DNA of 64,000 bases from an uncultured Desulfobacterales bacterium. GTDB taxonomy: Bacteria > Desulfobacterota > Desulfobacteria > Desulfobacterales > B30-G6. The DNA lies in assembly GCA_964452555.1 (NCBI GenBank), contig CAYVMI010000019.1:6288-70287 (forward strand), in the 5' to 3' direction. The translations under genes and the position numbers were made by a program. The notes beneath the pieces were generated by a model. It saw only the letters and a program-made list of their open reading frames with translations. It was not told where the DNA came from and did no database searches. Below are positions 34,172 to 44,057 of the stretch, in pieces (positions within the stretch are counted from its first letter, which is position 1; each line of letters starts with the position of its first letter).

Positions 34172-36496
34172 TTGAGCAACGATCCTTCACAAAACTCTCG
34201 AACGCCACCCGATAATGCCGCGCTGTTAGAAGCCTGTGATATACCCCAGGATCGCTACCGCGTGTTTTTAGAGGATGTTGCCGATGCTTTCTTCGAAACC
34301 AACATCCAAGGCAACTTTGTATTTTTTAATAACGCACTTTGCCGTATCTTCGGATATGACCGAGAAGAAATCGAGAATCAAAATTTCCGACACTTTATGG
34401 ACGACCAAAACGCCGAGTATGCCTATAACAGTTTCAATCGCATGTTCGAAACCGGCGGTCGTGTTAACAATATATTATGGGAAATCAAAACAAAGTCTGG
34501 TAAGACACGCATACTTGAAATCAATGCCAGGCTTTTGGAAGATACCCGTGGTATTAAAACAGGCTTTCAAGGTATAGCCCGGGATATCACCGAAAAAATA
34601 AAAGTTGAAAATGCACTTAAAGCTTCTGAAAAGTTAGCCCAAGAGCAATACGCGGCCAGCCGATTGGCGGAGAAGCGCTATCGTGCTTTATTGGAATTCT
34701 TGCCGGTTCCCGTATTTGTGTTTAATCTCGATGGCACCATTGCTTACATAAATCCCGCCTTTGAAAAAACATTTGGTTGGAACCTGAAGGAGACTGAAGG
34801 TAAATATATTCCCTTTGTTCCCGCAGACCAAAAAGAAAAAACCCGCCAAGGCATTAAAGAACTTTTCGAACAAAAACGAATTTTTGGATTTAAAACCCAA
34901 CGTCTGACCAAGGACGGACGGATTCTGGACATCATCTTAGATGGCGCCCTTTTCTATGACGAGAACGGCCGGCCGGCCGGTCAGGTTGTCACCCTTCAAA
35001 ACGTGACCCAGGAAAATCGAGTCACGCGCATCAACAAGGCACTCTTTAGAATTGCCCAGGCATTATATGAATTCAGGGGACTTGATGAACGACTACAGTT
35101 CATTGCAATGCAGGTTAAGGAACTATTGGGTGCAAGCGGGGCCATGGTTATTCTTGTCGATCCGAAGACCAATGAATTTTTCTTTCGTGAAGCTGCTTTT
35201 GAAGACGAAATAACGGGCCAAAAGGTAAAAGAGATCCGATTTCCCGTTGACAAGGGGGTTGCCGGAGAAGTCTATCGCACCGGCAAATCTATGATCGTCA
35301 ATGATACCAACAAGAGCCCCCATTTTTTCAAGCAGGTGGATGATAAGGCCGATATGCATACTCAAAACATGCTGGATGTTCCTATTCAGCTTGAAGATAG
35401 GCTCATCGGCGTTCTTTGTATAATTAACAAGCAGGGGGGACCGTTTGACGAAACGGATGCGGAACTGGCAATCGCCATTGCCAACATGGTAGCCTTGCCC
35501 ATTGAAAATGCCAGAATCACTGAAGCCCTGGTGAGATCTTATGAAGATGTGCAAAACCTGAACCGGGCTAAAGACCGGGTTATTCACCATCTATCCCATG
35601 AGCTTAAAACACCCGTATCCGTTTTATCAGCCTCCTTAAGCCTTCTCCAAAAGCGATATTCCGGCACGGATACCGAAGGTCTTTCAAAAATACTGACGCG
35701 AACCGAACGCAGCCTTAATCGGATCTTGGAAATGCAGTATGAAATTGAAGACATTGTGGGACAAAAGGATTATAAAAGTCACTACCTGCTGTCCGTCATG
35801 TTGGATGCGTGCCAAGATGTATTGGATGCCCTTGTAGCCGAAGAACTGGCTTCAGAAAAAATCACAGACATCCTGCGCCGAAAAATCGACACGGTCTTCG
35901 GTCCCCGTAATGTTGAACCCGAACTAATTTATCCGAATTCGTTCTTGGATGATTTGTATCAAAAGTTACACCCCAAATTTATCCATCGAACATGCCAGAT
36001 TGAGACCCGTTTCGAAAAGACAAGCCCCATTCTCATTCCGCCGGAGGTCATGTCAAAAGTTTTCGAAGGTCTCCTTCGCAATGCAATAGAAAATACGCCG
36101 GACGTCAGTAAAATCATTGTTTCCCTATCACAATCGGCCAAAGGTCCTGAATTGGTGGTAAAAGACTACGGGGTGGGCATTTCTAAAGAGAACCAACGCC
36201 TAATTTTTGACAACTATTTTGCTGCCTATGAAACAGCCCATTATTCATCCAAAAAACCCTATGATTTCAATGCGGGCGGCAAAGGGTTTGACCTAATCCG
36301 TATGCAGATTTTTGCAGAAAGGTATAATTTTAAACTGAAAATGGCATCCAGACGATGCCCTCATATTAATGAAGACCAAAACGATGGATTTAGCGGCAAT
36401 CATGCCTGCACCCAGTGCAAATTAGACGAGGCCTGTTTATCGTCCGGAACGATCATGACCGTTCAATTTAAATCCGCGTCTAATCCGGCGAAGTAG
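34172..36496 (+). CDS. PAS-PAS-GAF sensor histidine kinase with a Cys-containing C-terminal extension
   Basis: Two PAS-like blocks, a GAF-like block, H-box HLSHELKTPVS and G-boxes DYGVGIS / GGKGFDL. TTG start; no in-frame ATG nearby. Confidence 0.88.
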   Translation: MSNDPSQNSRTPPDNAALLEACDIPQDRYRVFLEDVADAFFETNIQGNFVFFNNALCRIFGYDREEIENQNFRHFMDDQNAEYAYNSFNRMFETGGRVNNILWEIKTKSGKTRILEINARLLEDTRGIKTGFQGIARDITEKIKVENALKASEKLAQEQYAASRLAEKRYRALLEFLPVPVFVFNLDGTIAYINPAFEKTFGWNLKETEGKYIPFVPADQKEKTRQGIKELFEQKRIFGFKTQRLTKDGRILDIILDGALFYDENGRPAGQVVTLQNVTQENRVTRINKALFRIAQALYEFRGLDERLQFIAMQVKELLGASGAMVILVDPKTNEFFFREAAFEDEITGQKVKEIRFPVDKGVAGEVYRTGKSMIVNDTNKSPHFFKQVDDKADMHTQNMLDVPIQLEDRLIGVLCIINKQGGPFDETDAELAIAIANMVALPIENARITEALVRSYEDVQNLNRAKDRVIHHLSHELKTPVSVLSASLSLLQKRYSGTDTEGLSKILTRTERSLNRILEMQYEIEDIVGQKDYKSHYLLSVMLDACQDVLDALVAEELASEKITDILRRKIDTVFGPRNVEPELIYPNSFLDDLYQKLHPKFIHRTCQIETRFEKTSPILIPPEVMSKVFEGLLRNAIENTPDVSKIIVSLSQSAKGPELVVKDYGVGISKENQRLIFDNYFAAYETAHYSSKKPYDFNAGGKGFDLIRMQIFAERYNFKLKMASRRCPHINEDQNDGFSGNHACTQCKLDEACLSSGTIMTVQFKSASNPAK

Positions 36497-36544
36497 TCGT
36501 TGAATAGGGCGCGGATTCAAATTATGAAAAGTTCTTTATTGATT

Positions 36545-36569
36545 AAGCGGCAACGCCGCTTCTCGTTTT
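36545..36569 (+). terminator. Possible rho-independent terminator
   Basis: AAGCGGC / GCCGCTT stem followed by CTCGTTTT. Confidence 0.5.
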
Positions 36570-36613
36570 GAAAAAATTCACTTTATATAAAACCATAGCA
36601 GGATTACAAAAAA

Positions 36614-37405
36614 ATGATAAGCAACAAGGGAAATTTAAAATCTAAAGGATTTTTTCAAAACTTGGATATCGAGTTTCTAATTCACGAACTCAAAGATCCT
36701 ATTGCCGTGATAGAGACAGGTGCCCGGACCCTTCTCGAAAAGCAGGATAAATTCGGTGTGTTATCCAGCCGTCAAGAAAGGACCATTAAACGCGTTATAC
36801 GCAATACCCGCAAAGCACGCGACATGCTTTACAGCTTATTAGAGGTGGGTCGTTCCGAAGCTGGTAGCTTTGCATGCGGTTCTTTCAAGCCTGTCGAAAC
36901 AACTTTCACGGTGTTGTGTGATTGTATAGAATTGAGGACGCCCGCCATCGCTGATGAGCTGCAGCAATTACCAGATATGCTTGCGGCAATTGAATACCTT
37001 AATTCATGTGGTATATATTTTTCAGCCGCTCCTGAAATGAGTTTAATGGAAATTACCCAGGACGTTGAAAAATACCGGCAAATCCTGGGAAACCTGATTA
37101 AAAACGCGTTGCATTTCCGACGCCAGCGCATACAAATAAACCTGGAAATAAATAATGAGTATCTACATGCAGCCATTATCGATGACGGCCCCGGGGTAAA
37201 CCCGGAAGATTGTGAAGCTATTTTCGAGCGCTATGCTCAGTCCAAGGATTGCACGCTAAATGCCCGACAAGGGCACGGTCTGGGTTTGGCAGGTGCACGC
37301 ACGATGGCTCGTTACCTAGGCGGGGACATAGAACTGATTCTTGATCCCAAAGAAGGAACTAAATTTCAGTTAACTTTACCGGTGGATCTCGCCGCCGCTT
37401 CTTAG
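36614..37405 (+). CDS. Soluble histidine kinase (HisKA plus HATPase_c only)
   Basis: H-box IHELKDPIAV, IDDGPGVNPED, GHGLGLAGAR. No TM or sensor domain recognised. Confidence 0.85.
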   Translation: MISNKGNLKSKGFFQNLDIEFLIHELKDPIAVIETGARTLLEKQDKFGVLSSRQERTIKRVIRNTRKARDMLYSLLEVGRSEAGSFACGSFKPVETTFTVLCDCIELRTPAIADELQQLPDMLAAIEYLNSCGIYFSAAPEMSLMEITQDVEKYRQILGNLIKNALHFRRQRIQINLEINNEYLHAAIIDDGPGVNPEDCEAIFERYAQSKDCTLNARQGHGLGLAGARTMARYLGGDIELILDPKEGTKFQLTLPVDLAAAS

Positions 37406-37670
37406 GCATATAAACAAACTTAACTCTGATTCTCTATAGATTTTTAAGCCAAAGAGGCAAAATAAATAAGTTATTATCTCTGTGTCCATTGAACCCCTGG
37501 GTGAAATTATACCAGTATATATATAAAATTAGACTCTAAGCGTCCCGCTTATCACTCGAATCGGAACGTTAAAATGACAATCACTGTAAAATTGTAATCA
37601 AGAAATTGACAGTTCAGATAGATGGGTATAACCTAAGAATATAAGAAATCGACACTTAAATGGGGGAGTT

Positions 37671-38222
37671 ATGACTCAATTAGAATTTCTGGCGGGAAAA
37701 TCGATTTTGGCGGTGGATGACGAAGAAGATATTCTGGAAACGATTGAGGATGTTTTGGAAGAATGTAAGATTGATACGGCGCGTGACTATGAAAGCGCCT
37801 CAGACAAGATTAAGAACCAGTCCTATGACTTGGTTATACTCGATATCATGGGTGTGAACGGGCTACAGCTTTTAGAAGAATCAGTAGCAAAGGGCTTTCC
37901 TACGGTGATGTTGACCGCCCACGCCATCAACCCTGAATCATTAATGGAATCGATCCGAAAAGGGGCTATCTCGTATCTACCCAAAGAATCCCTGGCTGAC
38001 TTGGATGAACTTTTGAATGAACTCCTGGGGGCCTATGAAAGGGGTGAGGCGCCCTGGAAATTGCTGTTCGATAAATTGGGATCTTATTTTGATGAGCGCT
38101 TTGGTACCGATTGGAAGCAAAGTGATCAAAAATTTTGGTCGGACTTCGATCAGACCTATGAGATTGGCAAGGGAATCCAGGAGCGGTTAAAGCAAGACGA
38201 TCGTATCACCAGCAAGTTCTAA
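37671..38222 (+). CDS. Response regulator, receiver domain with a short uncharacterised C-terminal region
   Basis: VDDEEDI, DLVILDI (phospho-Asp context), MLTAH, YLPKE. GGGGAG SD. Confidence 0.88.
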   Translation: MTQLEFLAGKSILAVDDEEDILETIEDVLEECKIDTARDYESASDKIKNQSYDLVILDIMGVNGLQLLEESVAKGFPTVMLTAHAINPESLMESIRKGAISYLPKESLADLDELLNELLGAYERGEAPWKLLFDKLGSYFDERFGTDWKQSDQKFWSDFDQTYEIGKGIQERLKQDDRITSKF

Positions 38223-38368
38223 TGATAATATCTTGTCCCAAAATGCTATATCTAGCGGTATCGCCTTGGTCCATGGTTTAAAGTGGGTTGAGTTCCCTTT
38301 AGATTCCGACTTCAATGGGTAACGCTAAACTGACCGAATAGCCTAACCGTATTCAGCCTAAATTGCTA

Positions 38369-39190
38369 TCAGTGTAGCATCTTGTCTGCAAGTTCCTTCA
38401 TCAGCTTGGCTGCCACCATCGCGGTCATATCATTGACATCCCTTGTTGGATTGTATTCAACAATATCTGCACCTACAATAGGTGCCTGAATCTGTTGAAT
38501 CACACTTATTAGATCACGTGTACGCAAACCTCCAGGCTCTAAATGAGAGACTCCCGGTGCAAAAGCCGGATCCAACACATCCAGATCGATCGAAATGTAG
38601 AGAGGTCCCGGAAAGTTAAGCTTTGATAGACCCTGGGGGATGGATTTCATATCAACAACCTCCACATTAAATCGATTGGCCTGTTCCTGTTGATGGGGTG
38701 TCATGCAACGAATGCCCACTTGCACAAGTTTTTTAACTAAACCCTCCTCCATAATGCGAGCAAATGGGCAGGCATGTGAGTACCGATTGCCATCCAATTC
38801 ATCATAAAGGTCTGGATGGGAATCAAACTGCAATAGACTCAATCCGGGATAATGTTTTTCGTATGCCTGAATAATAGGCAGCGTTACGGCGTGGTCACCA
38901 CCTAATGCTATTATTCTGACCTGATTATCGAGTAATTCCTCAAAGGTATGCTCGATGGAACTAAACACATTCAATCCACGTTTCCAATCCAGATCACCGA
39001 GGTCATGAAAGTTTGACTGTTGGGCTAAATCTAATCCACTCTCAGTACATTTATTCGTGGAACTTGAGTGATAAGCTTCTCGAATTATTGCCGGTGCTTT
39101 GGCCGCTCCCTTTAAAAAAGATGACTGCTCATCATAAGGAACGCCGACTACGGCAACAGATTTTCTATTTAATTTATATTTATTAATCAT
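38369..39190 (-). CDS. Agmatinase/arginase (ureohydrolase) family protein
   Basis: GGDHAVT, DSHPDL and SIDLDVLDP Mn-ligand motifs. Confidence 0.9.
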   Translation of the reverse strand: MINKYKLNRKSVAVVGVPYDEQSSFLKGAAKAPAIIREAYHSSSTNKCTESGLDLAQQSNFHDLGDLDWKRGLNVFSSIEHTFEELLDNQVRIIALGGDHAVTLPIIQAYEKHYPGLSLLQFDSHPDLYDELDGNRYSHACPFARIMEEGLVKKLVQVGIRCMTPHQQEQANRFNVEVVDMKSIPQGLSKLNFPGPLYISIDLDVLDPAFAPGVSHLEPGGLRTRDLISVIQQIQAPIVGADIVEYNPTRDVNDMTAMVAAKLMKELADKMLH

Positions 39191-39280
39191 TATGTTACAA
39201 TACTTTTGTTAATGTTATATGTAAAAAAATATAGACCTCAATATAAATTTAATAGAACCTAGCCCCAAAGCCTGATTGGA

Positions 39281-39886
39281 TTATCGCCCAATCGGCATAA
39301 TATAAAGCGGCGCCACTTCCTGGTCTAATGACAGCACCTTTTTGACCTGATTATCACGAAAAGCACCGATGGAAACGGTTTTCAAACCCAGGGAAACTGC
39401 TTGCAAATAAATATTTTGCGCGGCATGACCAGCTTCCATATGAATATATTTTATGGCCCTATCGCCGTATTTTACGCGTGTTCTTTGTTGAATCGCACAG
39501 ATTACGATATCAATGGGGGCCCACTGTACACTGCGCTGATTTAGGGCGGCGCGGCATAGTTCCGGACGTACATCTCTATTGATCAGACTTGTCAACTCAT
39601 GTGTTTTAGGTAGGTAATGATAAATGCCGACATCCAATTCCTGAACATTTCCCGAAACGATTATAATTTCGAGCGGGTAAAGGGCACCGGCAGACGGGGC
39701 TGCACGAAAACCGCGCAGGCTGGTTTTTCCCTGTGCCGCCCAACACAATTGCCCGACCTGCTTTAATTCTAAGGATCGCTCTGCAAATAAACGGTTGGAC
39801 CGCCGTTCCTTTATTGCCTCTTCAACCGACACTTCGCTATGGAACCACGGTTCCGGCAATTTAATGATCTGCGTTGCTGCCTTCAT
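39281..39886 (-). CDS. SagB-type dehydrogenase / nitroreductase-superfamily protein (stand-alone)
   Basis: RAAPSAGALYP hallmark motif; nitroreductase-like length of 201 aa. Confidence 0.85.
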   Translation of the reverse strand: MKAATQIIKLPEPWFHSEVSVEEAIKERRSNRLFAERSLELKQVGQLCWAAQGKTSLRGFRAAPSAGALYPLEIIIVSGNVQELDVGIYHYLPKTHELTSLINRDVRPELCRAALNQRSVQWAPIDIVICAIQQRTRVKYGDRAIKYIHMEAGHAAQNIYLQAVSLGLKTVSIGAFRDNQVKKVLSLDQEVAPLYIMPIGR

Positions 39887-40012
39887 CGTTTAATTTAGAA
39901 TCCGCCGGCGCTTTCCTTCCCACTTCATGATTTAATATTTTAATTCATCTTAGATTAAGCACGCTGTTTCTGGGTGCGAGGGATTAAGCTGACACCGTTT
40001 CCGAGATCGCTG

Positions 40013-41086
40013 TCACCTTCCAAACAATTGATTCATACGCAACAACAGCTCAAGATCCCCTTCGACGATGTACTTCTGCTGCATGAACATGGTTTGGCCA
40101 TCGGCTTTGCCTGTCATGATATCCATCCACAGTTCAAATGGTGCCTGTATGCTGACATCCGGATTCGCGTGCAAACCCGTCTCCGTCTTGATCGTTCCCT
40201 TGTTAATAGAAAGAAAGCAGTTGCCGCTGACAACGCCGGAAAATACGAATTGTATAACCGCCCTCGTATCACCGGCACCTTCCGGATTGAAACCCAGACT
40301 GAGGATGGCCAGAAAGCTGTCAAGTGAATCAGGCCGAGGTATCATGCCTTTTTCCTCAAACTCCCTGGGTGTCACACCCGCGTCAATGCAGGTCTGCCAA
40401 AATAAATTGCCCAGTCCACCGAACCCTTCTTGTTCGGATGTACGTAACGGCTGCTGTATGGCTGCTATGGTTTCCGCGGCGACTTTTCCTGTTTGGATTA
40501 TCTCTATTCCGGCTGCTTGGACTGCCTGGGCGATTTGTGCTCTCACCGTATCGTTGCCGGTCTGCATCATGGTTTCAGCGGCAGGTCGATATATTTCCGC
40601 CAACAGCCTTTTTTTATATATAAAATTAACATATTGGGACAGCTGGTCAAAAACACTCATCTCTGAAAATCCCGCTACGGACAACCACACCGCATCCGGA
40701 TGCTCATGCCGCAACGGATGACCTGATCGGCCATTCTCTTTTTTAATAATAAAGGGCTCGAGTATCGGTAGTGTTCGTTCGATAAATGTTTTGATCTGGG
40801 CATTAACGGTATAATGATACAATGGGGTTGCGAATACGACCAATTCGGATTCAATGAATTGTTGAAACAGTTCTCGGGCCATATCATCATTGTGAACGCA
40901 TACCCCGGGGGTTTTAGACCAGCAGGTAAAACAGCCGATGCAATAATTTATCTTTTTTTTACGCAGATCAATCTTATCTACCTCAGCCCCGGCTGAACAC
41001 ATGCCTTCAATCAGATTATCGAGCATCCACTCGGTTTTGCTTTGTCCCCCTCCCCGCGGACTTGAATTCAACGCCATGACTTTCAT
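40013..41086 (-). CDS. Iron-sulfur-flavoprotein-like NAD(P)H-dependent FMN reductase domain fused to a C-terminal SCP2 lipid-binding domain
   Basis: N-terminal LNSSPRGGG and CIGCFTCW. The C-terminal roughly 100 aa are SCP2-like (QAPFELWMDIMTGKADGQTMFMQQKYIVEGDLELLLRM). AGAGGGA SD. Confidence 0.8.
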   Translation of the reverse strand: MKVMALNSSPRGGGQSKTEWMLDNLIEGMCSAGAEVDKIDLRKKKINYCIGCFTCWSKTPGVCVHNDDMARELFQQFIESELVVFATPLYHYTVNAQIKTFIERTLPILEPFIIKKENGRSGHPLRHEHPDAVWLSVAGFSEMSVFDQLSQYVNFIYKKRLLAEIYRPAAETMMQTGNDTVRAQIAQAVQAAGIEIIQTGKVAAETIAAIQQPLRTSEQEGFGGLGNLFWQTCIDAGVTPREFEEKGMIPRPDSLDSFLAILSLGFNPEGAGDTRAVIQFVFSGVVSGNCFLSINKGTIKTETGLHANPDVSIQAPFELWMDIMTGKADGQTMFMQQKYIVEGDLELLLRMNQLFGR

Positions 41087-41107
41087 ACACAGTCCCTCTT
41101 TTTAGAG

Positions 41108-42469
41108 TTACAGACGCCAGTAATGGAGATCATATTTGGCGGACTCCTTTAGGCCAAACATAGATTTTACATCAATCAGGCAACCACCCGGAACAAGTTT
41201 CCGGGTCAATCCATCCATACCTTCATTCGCGTAAAAAGAGTGCGACACCGCCAGAACAACCGCGTCCAGATCCTGTAAGCTTTCATATGAAATCAATTCT
41301 ATATCATAGAAAGCCTTGGCCTCTTCCGGATTAGCCATGGGATCATGAACCAGCACTTCGATTCCATAAGTGCTCAGCTCTTTGACGATGTCCGGCACAC
41401 GTGAATTCCTTAAATCCGGGCAGTTTTCCTTAAATGTCAGCCCCATGACACCTACCCTGCTCTCCTTTATGTGCAAATCGGCAGAGATCATCATCTTCAC
41501 TGTCTTTTCAGCAACATATTTTCCCATATTGTCGTTGATGCGGCGACCGGCCAATATAATCTCCGGATGATAGCCCACCAATTCTGCTTTGTGGGTCAAG
41601 TAGTAAGGATCCACGCCGATACAGTGCCCACCCACCAAACCGGGGCTGAATTTCAAAAAGTTCCACTTGGAACCGGCTGCTTCCAATACATTCACTGTGT
41701 CAATGTCCAACTTGTCAAAAATTATGGAGAGTTCGTTTATCAATGCAATATTGAGATCCCTTTGTATGTTCTCAATAACTTTGGCCGCCTCGGCTTCTTT
41801 AATGCTTTCGGTTCGATGAACTCCGGCTTCAATGATTGACTCATATAAAACAGCAACGGCATCCAAGGTCGGTGCATCATCTCCGGAAACAACCTTGGTG
41901 ATGCGCGTTAGGGTGTGTTCCTTGTCCCCCGGATTAATTCGCTCCGGCGAATAGCCCACATGAAAATCCTTTTTCCAGACCAAGCCCGATTCCTTTTCCA
42001 GAATGGGTACACAAACCTCTTCTGTGGCCCCTGGATAAACTGTGGATTCAAAAATGATGACGGCCCCCTTTTTCATGTTCTGACCTACGATGCTGGATGC
42101 GGACATCAAAGGCGTCAAATCCGGCTGCCGGGCTGCATCGATTGGTGTTGGTACCGCCACGATGATGTAATTTGCCGTTCCCAGGGCCGCTGCATCCGCT
42201 GTTACCCTCAGATGGATCGCTTCTTTGAATTCCGCTTTGGAAACTTCACCGGTCACATCAACTTGCCGGTTTAACTGATCTATTTTAGCCGCATCGAGAT
42301 CGAATCCGATCGTGTCGATTCGTTTGCCGAAAGTTACCGCCAAGGGCAGTCCGACATAGCCCAGACCGATCACGCCGACAGTCGCATCTCCTTGCGGGCG
42401 ATCGGACATCATTGAATTTTGCACGTTTTGTTTTGGTGTGGCCAGGTTTGATGTGTTTATTGTATTCAT
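41108..42469 (-). CDS. Nucleotide-sugar dehydrogenase (UDP-glucose/GDP-mannose dehydrogenase family; UDP-HexNAc dehydrogenase-like)
   Basis: GVIGLGYVGLPLA NAD motif, GGHCIGVDPYY catalytic Cys. GGAAGGA SD. Confidence 0.9.
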   Translation of the reverse strand: MNTINTSNLATPKQNVQNSMMSDRPQGDATVGVIGLGYVGLPLAVTFGKRIDTIGFDLDAAKIDQLNRQVDVTGEVSKAEFKEAIHLRVTADAAALGTANYIIVAVPTPIDAARQPDLTPLMSASSIVGQNMKKGAVIIFESTVYPGATEEVCVPILEKESGLVWKKDFHVGYSPERINPGDKEHTLTRITKVVSGDDAPTLDAVAVLYESIIEAGVHRTESIKEAEAAKVIENIQRDLNIALINELSIIFDKLDIDTVNVLEAAGSKWNFLKFSPGLVGGHCIGVDPYYLTHKAELVGYHPEIILAGRRINDNMGKYVAEKTVKMMISADLHIKESRVGVMGLTFKENCPDLRNSRVPDIVKELSTYGIEVLVHDPMANPEEAKAFYDIELISYESLQDLDAVVLAVSHSFYANEGMDGLTRKLVPGGCLIDVKSMFGLKESAKYDLHYWRL

Positions 42470-42736
42470 TGAATCCTTCCGTACATGTGGTTAATTGGAT
42501 AGACTGTTATTACCTTAAAGAGACCTGATCTACCGTGAAAGCCTCCGTTGCAGCAAAAGCTTAGTGGATGCCATGCGAGATAAACCTTAATGGAAAAACG
42601 AGCCGAACCCCTGAACAGGCTGCATCCGATAGATCGATCATAATCCATACACAATCAAGGCGTTTGGATGCCTTGATTCAACTATATTATTATGGTTCAT
42701 GGTAAAGCGCATGGCAACGTATATGATGTGGCCCAA

Positions 42737-43786
42737 TTATTTTGCCAGCATTTTATCGATAACGGCCCTGTTGGGCATTGAATTTTCATCATACAATTTC
42801 TCAAAACCAAAGCACTGCAATATTTTAAGGCCGGCGTCAATTTTTCTTACGCTTAATTCTGACTTCCATGAAGTGATAGGTGAAAAGCCCTTTATAATGC
42901 CGCTGTCGGGGTTGGTTACCCGGCTGGGCTGATTGATAATATCTTTACTCAGACGAACCGGGTGGCCTTTCACTTTGGTATGCGCGATAATACCGGACAC
43001 TTCATCATTTGGATTGGCGTATATTTTTTCGTAAAAGGCCACGTGTATTTGATTGGGGGAAAATTGCATGAGCGGCACATAATTTATAATCGACCAAATT
43101 AATATCTGACAGGTTATATAGTCAGCCTCCCGACTAGTTTTCTGAATAATATCATCAAACGGAGACAAGTAATCTTCGCAAAGTTTAGGCTGTTTAAGAA
43201 ATTCCGATGGATCGGTCATCCAAAACCAATTTTGCCGATTATATTTAGATAATGCCACAGAGAAAGGATTACGAATTAGTAAAATAATTTTTAAATCGGG
43301 GAAAAAACGTGACGCCCAGTATGAAAAGAGATTTGCGAAAATATCTTTTATCAGCAAACCGCTGAAAGTTAATGAGCGTACGGCCGGATCAACCGAAGGA
43401 TGTATAAATTTTCCGCAAAAAATCTCCTTGGCTGCGTTTTCCAATTTAGAATGCGAATCTTGCGGCCGCATGTAAAGATGCGGCTTCAAGAAGCTCATGC
43501 TGTCAACCGTCTTCGGGTGAAAGGGCTCAAACATCTCCCGGTAATTCTTTTTATGATTCAGCAAATTCGCCACCCAAGTCGTACCGCTTCTGCCATCACC
43601 GATTAACCATACCACCTCCTTGTAATTGTTAAGGAAATAATTCAGTTGAATTATTGTCCTGTAGAGATAAGCCTTTAATCTTTCTTTCATTCCGTGTCTG
43701 TGAGCCATTGCTTGTGTATGCGGCCACGTCCGGTTTGGTGGTTCGGATAAGTCGTCAGGTACAAACAAATTATGAAAGCCGCTCAA
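42737..43786 (-). CDS. Sulfotransferase family protein
   Basis: GDGRSGTTW 5'-phosphosulfate-binding loop and LLIRNPFSVALS 3'-phosphate-binding-type motif. The start is uncertain: TTG at 43786, with alternative ATGs at 43708 and 43690. Confidence 0.82.
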   Translation of the reverse strand: MSGFHNLFVPDDLSEPPNRTWPHTQAMAHRHGMKERLKAYLYRTIIQLNYFLNNYKEVVWLIGDGRSGTTWVANLLNHKKNYREMFEPFHPKTVDSMSFLKPHLYMRPQDSHSKLENAAKEIFCGKFIHPSVDPAVRSLTFSGLLIKDIFANLFSYWASRFFPDLKIILLIRNPFSVALSKYNRQNWFWMTDPSEFLKQPKLCEDYLSPFDDIIQKTSREADYITCQILIWSIINYVPLMQFSPNQIHVAFYEKIYANPNDEVSGIIAHTKVKGHPVRLSKDIINQPSRVTNPDSGIIKGFSPITSWKSELSVRKIDAGLKILQCFGFEKLYDENSMPNRAVIDKMLAK

Positions 43787-43860
43787 GCAAGATTCGCAAG
43801 TGGCGTCAAAAGCGTCCGATCAGGTAAACCCTTTGGCTGTGCCCATATTTCGTCATCATA

Positions 43861-43894
43861 AAAAACCCCGCGATTACTTTTGCGGGGTTTTTTC
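43861..43894. terminator. Bidirectional-looking rho-independent terminator downstream of the giant gene
   Basis: AAAAACCCCGC / GCGGGGTTTTT stem flanked by A and T runs on both sides. Confidence 0.7.
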
Positions 43895-44057
43895 TATTTA
43901 TGAGTATCGAAAGAATTTCGAATAAAAGTGACTAAAGACACGCTTATAATAAACAAGCTCTGAAGAATTTATCGTCGGGCCATACCTCAGCGAAACATGA
44001 ATTTTCGAACGCTTTTTTAAACCCAATTAATAATAATGAAATTAACGCAGCATTAAT

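Noticed and set aside
40068-40721. 217-aa plus-strand ORF overlapping the Isf-SCP2 gene
   Set aside because: It is antisense to a CDS with clear flavoprotein and SCP2 motifs and a good SD. Its product is Cys/Ser/Pro-rich with no recognisable domain.
42466-42654. 62-aa minus-strand ORF ending in an ATGA overlap with the UDP-sugar dehydrogenase start
   Set aside because: The product is Cys/Gly/Phe-rich and non-descript. The region contains the dehydrogenase SD and likely its promoter or leader.
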